From an uncultured Hyphomonas sp. (lineage in GTDB: Bacteria; Pseudomonadota; Alphaproteobacteria; Caulobacterales; Hyphomonadaceae), in assembly GCA_964400185.1 (NCBI GenBank), contig CAYNUI010000001.1, forward strand, positions 1 through 51,666: a stretch of 51,666 nucleotides of DNA, written 5' to 3'. The translations under genes were made by a program, and so were the position numbers. Of the stretch, positions 19,532-28,192 are shown piece after piece (within the stretch, counting starts at the first letter, position 1; each line of letters starts with the position of its first letter). The notes beneath the pieces are model-generated. The model ran no database searches, was not told where the DNA came from, and saw only the letters and a list, made by a program, of their open reading frames with translations.

Positions 19532-20796
19532 GCGCCGCCGCGCTCAAACGCGCCCGCTTCAAACGCTTTTGCGAGTTCGGTATCGCCGCGTTTATGCGCT
19601 GCTTTGGCGAGCTCTGCGCCATAGGCTTCCAACACGCGTTGTTCGCTCCAGACGGTTTCAAATCCGGCGCGTGCCGAGGCCCCATGTTTGCTGCGCCAAT
19701 CTGGATCCCCTTGGATCGACTGCATCGCGGCCAGTAACTCGTCTTCGGTCTCAAACAGTGCGCCGCCATTGGCGCGCTCAACAATTTCAGGGAACGGTCC
19801 GAGCCGCCGCGCAATCACCGGCGTGCCCAATCGGAAGCTCTCAATCAGAATGATGCCGAACGTCTCATAACAGACAGACGGGACAATCAATCCCAGCGCG
19901 CCGCGATAGTAAGCGGTCAATTCATCAAGCGGTTTGCGCCCAAGAAACTTGATGCGCGGATTGTCTGCAGCTTGGGCTTTTAGCTCATCAGTATAGTCGC
20001 CATCGCCAAGGATGAGCAGGTCCGCCTCTTCATAGCGATCAAAGACCGGGAAGACGTCCTGCAAGCCTTTGATCTTTTCGAGCCGTCCTACAAATAGAAA
20101 GTAAGGCCGGTCATGTTGAGCCGGTTCAGGCAAGCTCTCAGCTTCGATGTCTGGCAGGAAGTAAGGCAAAACCGTCATCTCATGACGCAAGCCAAACTCT
20201 TTGTGTTTGCGTTTGGAAAACTCACTCTTGGCGATCAGCAAATCAATCTCGTCGAGCTTGCGATCTAGGAAGCCGGTATAGCGCCAGAGTTGCGGCGGGC
20301 GCTTAAATGAGAGCGTGCATTTCAAGCACTCTTGCCGGTCACAAAGCTCACGATTGTAGCGCCACAGAACATGCATCGGACAGACGAGCCAATGCTCATG
20401 CGCTTCATAAATTTTCAGGCCGTCACCCATGCTGAGCAGACCCGGCCCACCGACAAGTGACGTGTTATTGTGCCAGATGAGATCATAAGGCCCTTCATCC
20501 AAAATCTGTTGGATGCGTTTGCCATGGACAATCGGACGCCCTGTTTGCTGAGTCAAAAGATTGGAAAAGGTATGGCTCGAGCTCTCAAGCCCGATCGCCC
20601 TCACGCCGTCGTCGACGGGCGTCGCAGATGGCCTCGCCCCGCCACCAGTCAGAAATGCATCCACGTCATGGACGACCGTCACTTCATGTCCGCGTTTCAC
20701 CAAAGCTTGCGCCATGCGCTGCACGCCGACCGCATCACCGCCAAACGAGTATGGCGGATAGAAGGTGGTGAACATGAGAATTCGAAGCGATTTCAC
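19528..20796 (-). CDS. Glycosyltransferase family 4 with Cys-rich insertion
   Basis: FYPPYSFGG, HEHWLVCP..C..C..C, FVGRLEKIKG, PSVCYETFGIILIES. Likely GTG start at 20796 after AGGGGA. Confidence 0.88.
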   Translation of the reverse strand: MKSLRILMFTTFYPPYSFGGDAVGVQRMAQALVKRGHEVTVVHDVDAFLTGGGARPSATPVDDGVRAIGLESSSHTFSNLLTQQTGRPIVHGKRIQQILDEGPYDLIWHNNTSLVGGPGLLSMGDGLKIYEAHEHWLVCPMHVLWRYNRELCDRQECLKCTLSFKRPPQLWRYTGFLDRKLDEIDLLIAKSEFSKRKHKEFGLRHEMTVLPYFLPDIEAESLPEPAQHDRPYFLFVGRLEKIKGLQDVFPVFDRYEEADLLILGDGDYTDELKAQAADNPRIKFLGRKPLDELTAYYRGALGLIVPSVCYETFGIILIESFRLGTPVIARRLGPFPEIVERANGGALFETEDELLAAMQSIQGDPDWRSKHGASARAGFETVWSEQRVLEAYGAELAKAAHKRGDTELAKAFEAGAFERGGA

Positions 20797-20844
20797 CGAT
20801 ACGTGTCCCCTGATGACGTCCTCTGAATGAGGTCCCCCAATGCA

Positions 20845-20860
20845 TGCTGTTTGCATGCCA
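20845..20860 (-). promoter_or_regulatory. Putative sigma54 promoter
   Basis: Minus strand TGGCATGCAAACAGCA: strong -24 element, weaker -12. Confidence 0.55.
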
Positions 20861-20966
20861 GTTCTTGTTCTGACCAGGCAATAATTCGCCTCGGAATAGA
20901 AATTCCGGTCGCGCGAACGGTCAAATCCCAAATTCCGCTCCTGAATCATGCAGAATAACTAGGAAC

Positions 20967-20982
20967 AGGCAGGTTTTTTGCT
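20967..20982 (+). promoter_or_regulatory. Putative sigma54 promoter
   Basis: AGGCAGGTTTTTTGCT, 42 nt upstream of ATG 21025. Confidence 0.65.
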
Positions 20983-21024
20983 TAGAAACAAGGACAATGG
21001 CTTTGCACCAGTGGGACGCATTCA

Positions 21025-22407
21025 ATGTTGGACAATGTCACCGAGAAGTCCGCCGCGCGGACTGAACCATCAGACTTGCCGGAAAAAGGCACAGCGCTGC
21101 TTGAGCGCTTGAAATCCAAGACGGCGAAAGTCGGGATTATTGGCCTTGGCTATGTCGGTCTTCCTTTGGCGGTCACGGCCGCAAGTCGCGGCAACACTGT
21201 GATTGGCTTTGATATCGATCCAGCCAAGCTCGATGCGCTCGAGCAAGGCAAAAGCTATATCGCCGCTGTGAGCAATGAGGCGCTGGCTGAAGTCCACCAG
21301 AAGACATTTTCTTGGAGTGGCGATTTCGCCGAGCTGAAACAGTGCGACGTGATCATTATCTGCGTCCCGACGCCGCTCTCGTCTCACCGTGAACCGAACC
21401 TGACTTATGTCGAAATCACCGCCGAGCGGATCGCGCGCTACATGACGCCTGAGACGCTCGTGGTGTTGGAATCGACCACCTATCCAGGCACCGCGGATGA
21501 CATCATGACGCCAATCCTAGAGTCCGGCGGCTTGAAAGCGGGCGAGGATTTCTTTGTCGCGTCATCCCCCGAGCGGGAAGATCCGGGCAATCAAAACTAT
21601 CACACGGCGACCATTCCCAAGATCGTTGGCGGAGATGGTGAAATGGCGAGCCAATTGGCAGAGCAGTTTTATTCCGGCGTGGTCGACAAGGTTGTGCCGG
21701 TCTCTTCGACGCGGACAGCTGAAGCGGTCAAAATCACTGAGAACATTTTCCGCGCGGTGAATATTGGGCTCGTGAACGAGCTGAAGATTATCTATGACGC
21801 GATGGGCATCGACATTTGGGAAGTCATTGACGGGGCAGCAACCAAGCCGTTCGGTTTCATGCCCTTCTATCCAGGCCCCGGTCTTGGTGGACACTGCATC
21901 CCGATCGACCCGTTTTACCTGACCTGGAAAGCGCGCGAGCATGATCTTGCGACCCGGTTCATCGAACTCGCAGGCGATATCAACAATACGATGCCGAAAT
22001 ACGTCGTGCAGCGGACGCGCGATGTGATCGATCAGACCCACGGGCGTGGCCTCCGAGATGCGAAAATTCTGATCGTCGGCATGGCCTACAAAAAGAATGT
22101 GAGCGATGTGCGTGAGAGCCCGTCTCTTCGCATCATGCATTGGCTGGACGAACAGAATGTCCAGGTCGACTATCTTGATCCGATGATTTCGGTCTTGCCC
22201 GACATGCATGACTTCCCGCAATTTTCAGGGCGCGCCGCGGTGACACCTGAGACGATTTCGCAGGTCGGCTATGACGCGATTATTATCAGCACCGATCATG
22301 ACGATATTGATTATGAGGCGCTCGCATCGATGGGTGTGCCGATTATCGACACACGCAACGCCATTGAGCGACGCGGTCTATCTCTAGAGAATGTGACCAA
22401 GGCCTAA
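21025..22407 (+). CDS. Nucleotide-sugar 6-dehydrogenase (UDP-GlcNAc/ManNAc dehydrogenase, WbpA/WecC-like)
   Basis: GLGYVGLP, CVPTP, LESTTYPG, SPEREDPG, PGPGLGGHCIPIDP, YKKNVSDVRESP. Confidence 0.93.
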   Translation: MLDNVTEKSAARTEPSDLPEKGTALLERLKSKTAKVGIIGLGYVGLPLAVTAASRGNTVIGFDIDPAKLDALEQGKSYIAAVSNEALAEVHQKTFSWSGDFAELKQCDVIIICVPTPLSSHREPNLTYVEITAERIARYMTPETLVVLESTTYPGTADDIMTPILESGGLKAGEDFFVASSPEREDPGNQNYHTATIPKIVGGDGEMASQLAEQFYSGVVDKVVPVSSTRTAEAVKITENIFRAVNIGLVNELKIIYDAMGIDIWEVIDGAATKPFGFMPFYPGPGLGGHCIPIDPFYLTWKAREHDLATRFIELAGDINNTMPKYVVQRTRDVIDQTHGRGLRDAKILIVGMAYKKNVSDVRESPSLRIMHWLDEQNVQVDYLDPMISVLPDMHDFPQFSGRAAVTPETISQVGYDAIIISTDHDDIDYEALASMGVPIIDTRNAIERRGLSLENVTKA

Positions 22408-22423
22408 GGCACTCAAAACCTTA

Positions 22424-23869
22424 TTAGCCTTCGGCGCGAGCCGCCTGTACGAAGAGCTTCGCACGGCTCAAAATGGTCGGCGTCAAGGTCACCAACATCG
22501 CTCCATAAGCGGCAAGTCCGATCAGAATTCCAAGCCCCAAGAAGGCAAGGTCTGGGATCTGCCCGAAGGTTAAGTAGCGCCAGAGCCAAACAAACGACGC
22601 CATTGCCAGAGCCAAAATGCTGGGAACAACAATCACCCAGCGGACATATTTTTTCACCGGGATCGCTTCGGGTTCAAGAACCAGTGCGGTGCGGAACGGC
22701 AAGAACAACATCGCCCGAGCTGAGAACGCAACGGCCGTCCAAACGGGGCCATACGGGCTCGCGAGCAGAATGAGAGCCACCCCGACAGCCGTCTCTACGA
22801 TGACCACGCGCACCCATCGTTTCATCCGGCCCAGCGCCATCAAATAAGACTCTTGCATGCCTGTCACGGCATTGACGCACCCAGCCAGACAGATGAATGG
22901 CACGACATAGATTGAACCGATCCATTCTTCGCCAAAGACAATCGGAACAGCCGGGTCACCAACAACGGCGAGGCCCGCCAAACTTGCGCAGCTGAGCAGA
23001 GCGACGATTTGGGAAACTTCCAGTATGAAGTCGCCGCTGCCTTCGCCGCGCCTTTGCATTTCGGCCACGACGGATTGGGTCACCGCTTTCAAAGGCGATA
23101 CGAACAAGGTTGCGAGCACTTCAACGACCCTGAGGGACAAAGAATAAATCGCGACGGCATTCGCCCCAACAAATACGCCAAGCGCAATGGTCGGCGTCTG
23201 ATTGGTGATCGAGGTTGCGACTTTGATAATCGCAACACGCGGGCCCAGTCCGCTAATGAGCTTAAAATGAGGGAGGCGTGGGATCTGTTGAGGAACCCAT
23301 TTCGCTGCGAAAATTGAGATCAGGAAATTGACGAATGTCATGGCAAGGCGCTGCCCAACCAACGCCCAAGCCCCATACCCCATAAGGGCGATGCCAATCC
23401 CGACAATCCCGCCGGCGACCGCACCAAGAACGGCTTGAACCCCTAAGATGTCAAAGGCCAATCTACGCCTTAAAAGCGCGGCGGGGACGCCATAACACGA
23501 GATCATCAATATCACCGGGGTCGTGGCAATGAGCAGCCATGTAACCGACGGTTCTTGATAAAAATGAGCCGCAACCGGCGCCAGACCGCAAAGGATCAAT
23601 GCGGTAACAAAGCCTGCCGCCATCAACAGAGTCCAGACCGCTTCTAAAAATCCGTCCTCGAGATTTGGCCGCTGAATGATCTGTTCCGTGAGGGTCTCGC
23701 GGATCAAAACCTCAGACAACAGCAAGAATGCCATCGCCATGCCAGCAAGACCAAATTGTTCGGTGCCGATGATCCGCGCGATGACAATAAAGATCGTAAG
23801 GTTGAGCGCTTGCTCAATCCAAGACGAGGCCCCTGACCACGCCGCACCGATGAGGAACATACGCTTCAT
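22424..23869 (-). CDS. wzx: Oligosaccharide flippase (PST family)
   Basis: 12-14 TM segments, ARIIGTEQFG, LLRRRLAF, FGEEW; located in a polysaccharide locus. Confidence 0.85.
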   Translation of the reverse strand: MKRMFLIGAAWSGASSWIEQALNLTIFIVIARIIGTEQFGLAGMAMAFLLLSEVLIRETLTEQIIQRPNLEDGFLEAVWTLLMAAGFVTALILCGLAPVAAHFYQEPSVTWLLIATTPVILMISCYGVPAALLRRRLAFDILGVQAVLGAVAGGIVGIGIALMGYGAWALVGQRLAMTFVNFLISIFAAKWVPQQIPRLPHFKLISGLGPRVAIIKVATSITNQTPTIALGVFVGANAVAIYSLSLRVVEVLATLFVSPLKAVTQSVVAEMQRRGEGSGDFILEVSQIVALLSCASLAGLAVVGDPAVPIVFGEEWIGSIYVVPFICLAGCVNAVTGMQESYLMALGRMKRWVRVVIVETAVGVALILLASPYGPVWTAVAFSARAMLFLPFRTALVLEPEAIPVKKYVRWVIVVPSILALAMASFVWLWRYLTFGQIPDLAFLGLGILIGLAAYGAMLVTLTPTILSRAKLFVQAARAEG

Positions 23870-23876
23870 GCCTAGC

Positions 23877-24659
23877 CTAATACCCCGCTTTGTTGGGGCT
23901 AAAGCTGCGGATGAATTTGCGAACCTTTCGGATGGCTTGGCGAGACTTCAAAAAGAGCTCACCCTTGCCGGTGAGAAAGTCGCGCCAGCGATTGAGATCT
24001 TGATAGTAGAACATTTCAATGCGCGGCAGATCGATTGGGCTATCGTTCGCGCCCGCTATGCCATGCGTGACGCCAACCGCGAGATCGAACCGGGCGCGAA
24101 TATCTTCCAAAACAGCCTCATTCACGCGGCCATAAGGGGCTGCGAAATGCGGCGTATTGCGGCCAAGGAGCGCCTCCATATCGGACTTCGAGCCTTGGAT
24201 TTCCGCGTCCCGTTCTGTTTCGTTCAAAAGCGTAAGGTCAGCATGCGTCCGGCTATGAGGCGCGATTTCCGTGGTCGTGCCATCGATCGTTTTCAAGTCA
24301 GACTTATTCATCAGCGCACGACCGGGTAGCGCGATGCCGGCCCAATCTTCAACCCCGCCATCATTGGCCGATGGCACAAACATCGTGTTTGGATAGCCCA
24401 TACGCTCGAGGACAGGATGTGCGTTTTCGATGAAGTCAGCGAAGCCGTCATCAAACGTGATGACCATGGATTTTTCAGGAAGCGCTTCCGCGCAATTTGG
24501 CCAGCCTTTGAGCGCACCGAGCGGAACAACCGTCCAGCCATGCTCTTTGATCATAGCCATTTGCTCGGCAAAGACTTCAGGCGAGATACAAGTCGGGCCC
24601 GTTCCATTCGAAATCGAATGGTACATCAAGATCGGAACCTGATGTTGAGGCCCTGCCAT
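23877..24659 (-). CDS. Polysaccharide deacetylase (CE4)
   Basis: ILMYHSI, ITFDDGFAD, HSRTH, FAAPYG, LPRI. Confidence 0.9.
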   Translation of the reverse strand: MAGPQHQVPILMYHSISNGTGPTCISPEVFAEQMAMIKEHGWTVVPLGALKGWPNCAEALPEKSMVITFDDGFADFIENAHPVLERMGYPNTMFVPSANDGGVEDWAGIALPGRALMNKSDLKTIDGTTTEIAPHSRTHADLTLLNETERDAEIQGSKSDMEALLGRNTPHFAAPYGRVNEAVLEDIRARFDLAVGVTHGIAGANDSPIDLPRIEMFYYQDLNRWRDFLTGKGELFLKSRQAIRKVRKFIRSFSPNKAGY

Positions 24660-24661
24660 GA

Positions 24662-26146
24662 TCAGTCTTCAACCACGTGGGTTTCAAACTCCTCGCGAAG
24701 CTCGGCCCAATGGGCGCGATCAAGCTTTCCATCCTCATCAAGCGAGTTCACTGCGCCATAGGCCATCGCCAGAGCATGGTGAGTGTTGTCATGGGCGAAC
24801 AAGCCTTGGCGACCGAACGTCAGAACGTTTTCCAACCCGCTGACCCATTCGTCCAATTTCTCGAAGTGACCGGCATAGTCGCGGTCATAGACAGGGTAAG
24901 CGTATGGAATGCGACGCGTTTCGGTTGTAATGGTTTCCGCACTCAATGGAAGACCTGCACGAACGATCCATTCGCGCATGAGCTCGCCGAGCGCTTCATC
25001 AGACTGATCCCAATATTCGTCACCTGGATCAGCCGGAAGCTCAGCACAAAGCACGGTCTTGCCCGCCGGGCTAGAGGTTGCTGAATAATTCTTCGGTTCT
25101 GACATGCGCGACATTGGGATGTGCGCTTCTGGGAAATAGTGTGCGTCATACTCGGAGAACTGATCGGTATCTAAGACCAGATAGATCAGGATCATGCCGC
25201 GGAAGCTCACTTGCTTGGCCGCATCGACCACATCGGCCGGCACGACGTCGCCAGCAGCGCGAACCAAGGTTGTGATCGGCAGGGTCGACCAAATGTAATC
25301 AGGCGAAATCGTTTCGGTACCCTGTTCTGTTTCCACCGTGACAGAGGAGACCCGCTTGCCGTCAAGCGTAATGCCGGTGACCCGCGACTTCAGATTGATG
25401 TCGACGCCAGAGTCAGCTGCGGCTTTGGAGAAGCCCTCGGTGATCTGTCCGAAACCCTCTTTCGGATAGAAAAACTTGCCTGCGGTCGGTGATTTCAGGC
25501 CTGGCAATTGGCCGAAGATTTTCTTCATCAGCTTCGGCAAAGAGCTGCCAGAGACACGGCGCTGGGCCAAAGTCGTCGCAAGATCTTTTGGCTCACGACC
25601 CCAGAGTTTGCGTACATATGGGAAGTAGAAACTTTCGCACATGGTGCGGCCAAGCCCAGACAGAAGTACCGTCTCGAAGGTCTCCACATCGGTTTTCGGA
25701 GCGCGCATTTTCGCAGTGGCGGCATCAAAGAAAAGCGAGCTCGCAAACGGGATGGGCAAGCGAGTTGCGAGATCAACCGGCTTGAGCGGGAAGTGGATCC
25801 ATGAGCCCTTCAAGCGAATGCGGCCATGGCGCGGACGCAGCAGCAAATCTTCTCCAAGCAAGCCCTTAATGTCGGCCATAATCTCAGCATCGGTCACCGG
25901 GTGTAGACGGTGACTGCCATAATCGACGCGAACCCCTTGCACGTCAAAACTTGCGGCATTGCCGCCTAAACGCTCTGCCGCTTCATAGAGCGAGACATCG
26001 AATCCGGTTTCGCGGCGGAGCTTCCAGGCCGCGCCAACACCGGCCGGTCCGCCGCCTAGAACCGCAAAGCTCGGTCCAGTGCTGGTTGAGGTTTGCTCAT
26101 CCATGGCTTCGCTCACAGCGGTCTCAGTCTCAATTCGTTCTGACAT
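24662..26146 (-). CDS. Second FAD-dependent HemY/UGM-like oxidoreductase
   Basis: VLGGGPAG, DYGSHRLH, AYPVY, GRQGLFAHDNTHH. Confidence 0.85.
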   Translation of the reverse strand: MSERIETETAVSEAMDEQTSTSTGPSFAVLGGGPAGVGAAWKLRRETGFDVSLYEAAERLGGNAASFDVQGVRVDYGSHRLHPVTDAEIMADIKGLLGEDLLLRPRHGRIRLKGSWIHFPLKPVDLATRLPIPFASSLFFDAATAKMRAPKTDVETFETVLLSGLGRTMCESFYFPYVRKLWGREPKDLATTLAQRRVSGSSLPKLMKKIFGQLPGLKSPTAGKFFYPKEGFGQITEGFSKAAADSGVDINLKSRVTGITLDGKRVSSVTVETEQGTETISPDYIWSTLPITTLVRAAGDVVPADVVDAAKQVSFRGMILIYLVLDTDQFSEYDAHYFPEAHIPMSRMSEPKNYSATSSPAGKTVLCAELPADPGDEYWDQSDEALGELMREWIVRAGLPLSAETITTETRRIPYAYPVYDRDYAGHFEKLDEWVSGLENVLTFGRQGLFAHDNTHHALAMAYGAVNSLDEDGKLDRAHWAELREEFETHVVED

Positions 26147-27107
26147 TGGTTTTACTCAACTCTTCTGTGCGCGTTCTGCGCGAAATAAACTGTACAGCAA
26201 GGCCAAACAGCCCGCCCCCCAAAATAATCGTTTGCCAAATCAATCCCACAGCGATGACAACCGGCGATCCCATGCCAATTCCCGCAAAGACAGATGCCAA
26301 GCTTGCTTCGCGGACGCCCAAGCCACCAACACTGATCGGCAGGGTCGCGATCAATTTCGCCGCGGGCCAAGCAAACATCCACGCCCAAAGGCTAAGCGGT
26401 CCGTCCATGCTGGCGGACAGGGCCCAATTCAATCCGACAAAACTCGATTGCACCAAAGCGGAAATCCCTACGCACACCAGGATGCGATTGCGATACGTGC
26501 TTAAAAAAGCCGCGATATCGAGACCGAGCTTGATTGGCTTAGAGGGTGTCTCGCTGCCAAACTTTTGGACGAGCCAACGGTTCAATGCGGGCAAAACTGC
26601 GTAAACTACTCCGCCCAAGACAACGATCATCAATGCCGCAATCTGAAGGACTTGCCCCGCTTGGCCCGAACTTGCGAGCAAGCCCGCAGCCAGTGCGGCG
26701 AGCAGGACCAGCACAGATACATCAATCAAGCGGTCAACCAGGGATCCTGTGACGAGATTGGTCAGAGATCCGCTTTCCTTCGCGATCAGAGCAGCGCGCG
26801 TAACATCGCCCCCGGATGTGCCAGGAAGAACCAAGTTGGACGCAAGTCCGGCAAAATGAGCTTTCGCGGTTGTCGCAAAGGCCAAGCCTTCGCCGACCAA
26901 AAGGTGCCACTTAAACGCATTGATCAAATGACCAAAAATGAACCCAGAGAGCACGCTCAGCCAGATCGCTGGGCTGAGGCGTTGAATGCCCTCCCAAATC
27001 GTTTCGATTGGAACGAAGCGAACAATCAAAATCAGCAAAGCCGCCGTTACGGCGACCTTGAGCAAGGTCTTCCAAGGGAGCTTTCGCGCTGCGTCTTGCT
27101 GTTCCAT
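26130..27107 (-). CDS. Lysylphosphatidylglycerol synthase TM-domain (UPF0104) protein, putative lipid-sugar flippase
   Basis: KW..L, NLVLPGTSGGD..R, DR..D, LPISVGGLGVRE. Confidence 0.85.
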   Translation of the reverse strand: MEQQDAARKLPWKTLLKVAVTAALLILIVRFVPIETIWEGIQRLSPAIWLSVLSGFIFGHLINAFKWHLLVGEGLAFATTAKAHFAGLASNLVLPGTSGGDVTRAALIAKESGSLTNLVTGSLVDRLIDVSVLVLLAALAAGLLASSGQAGQVLQIAALMIVVLGGVVYAVLPALNRWLVQKFGSETPSKPIKLGLDIAAFLSTYRNRILVCVGISALVQSSFVGLNWALSASMDGPLSLWAWMFAWPAAKLIATLPISVGGLGVREASLASVFAGIGMGSPVVIAVGLIWQTIILGGGLFGLAVQFISRRTRTEELSKTNVRTN

Positions 27108-27135
27108 TTCGGCCCAGTCCTTATCGGCTCACGCC

Positions 27136-28047
27136 TTAGCGAAAATGCAGTCTCGAAATCATGTCAGCGATCAGACCGAGCGACCATATCACGAGCGCTG
27201 CAAGCAAGGCGAAAATCGCACTTTCCGACAGATTGAGCAGGAACAGGTCATAAATTGCCTTCGCCATGCCCATCGCGAACAGAACCGCGCCAACCGGCAG
27301 GAACACCCGCAGCGGATGGAAGAGGACAATGATCCGGACCACCAAGAGCATGAATCGGAAGAAATCGGTCGGACGGATCTTCGATTGGCCAATGCGGCGA
27401 CCATAGGTGATCGGCACATAGGTGACCTGTAAATCAGAGCAGATCATACACAGGGTGCTGGTCGTGCTGAAGGAAAAACCATTCGGCATGAGGCCGAGGA
27501 ATCTCTCAATCGACACGCGTCGAAACACGCGCAGGCCCGAATTCAGATCTGGAATTTTACGTTGTGCCAAAATGTTCGCGAGTTTGTTCAGCACCCATTT
27601 TGCGGGTTTGCGGACCAATGGCACATTGCGCATCGCAGCGCCGCGATCGCCCACAACCATGTCTCCGTCACGACAAATGTCGAGCATTTCAGGAATGCGA
27701 TCGGCGGGATATGTGCCATCGGCATCCGTGATTGCAACATATTCGGAATTGGTTTGGCGAATGCCCGTCTTCAGCGAGTGACCGTAGCCCATATTCTTAT
27801 CGACGCGGATGACGCGAACGCCAGTTTCGAGCGCTTTCTCATAGGTGCCATCAGAGGATCCGTCATCGACGACAACGATTTCAGCATCGAGCTTGTGCTC
27901 TTTGATCATCGCCTGCAGCTCTTCGATGCCGCCTTTAATCGCATTAATCTCGTTGAACGCCGGTATGACGATCGAAAGATCATATTTGTGACCGACCTTT
28001 TCGGTGCGGTATTGAATTGCAACGCCGTCTTCTAGAACTCGTGCCAT
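27136..28047 (-). CDS. GT2 polyprenol-phosphate glycosyltransferase (DPM synthase-like) with two C-terminal TMs
   Basis: SIVIPAFNE, VDDGSSD, NMGYG, TDADGTY, DLNSGLR, R.G.SK. Confidence 0.88.
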   Translation of the reverse strand: MARVLEDGVAIQYRTEKVGHKYDLSIVIPAFNEINAIKGGIEELQAMIKEHKLDAEIVVVDDGSSDGTYEKALETGVRVIRVDKNMGYGHSLKTGIRQTNSEYVAITDADGTYPADRIPEMLDICRDGDMVVGDRGAAMRNVPLVRKPAKWVLNKLANILAQRKIPDLNSGLRVFRRVSIERFLGLMPNGFSFSTTSTLCMICSDLQVTYVPITYGRRIGQSKIRPTDFFRFMLLVVRIIVLFHPLRVFLPVGAVLFAMGMAKAIYDLFLLNLSESAIFALLAALVIWSLGLIADMISRLHFR

Positions 28048-28079
28048 GGTGCATCCCCGTTACGCTCACCATCCCCAGC

Positions 28080-28095
28080 TGCAAATAGTGTGCCG
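28080..28095 (-). promoter_or_regulatory. sigma54 promoter for the 28047-22424 unit
   Basis: Minus strand CGGCACACTATTTGCA, just downstream of the wzc terminator. Confidence 0.75.
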
Positions 28096-28117
28096 ATGAG
28101 CCGTGCTTAAATCAAGC

Positions 28118-28156
28118 AAAAGAGAAAACCGAGGGACCCCAGTCGCCCTCGGTTTT
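28118..28156 (-). terminator. Intrinsic terminator after wzc
   Basis: 11-bp stem AAAACCGAGGG/CCCTCGGTTTT (28125-28156), followed on the minus strand by CTCTTTT. Confidence 0.8.
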
Positions 28157-28192
28157 AACTTTAATCATAGTGCGCCCAATAGCGCGCAAACC

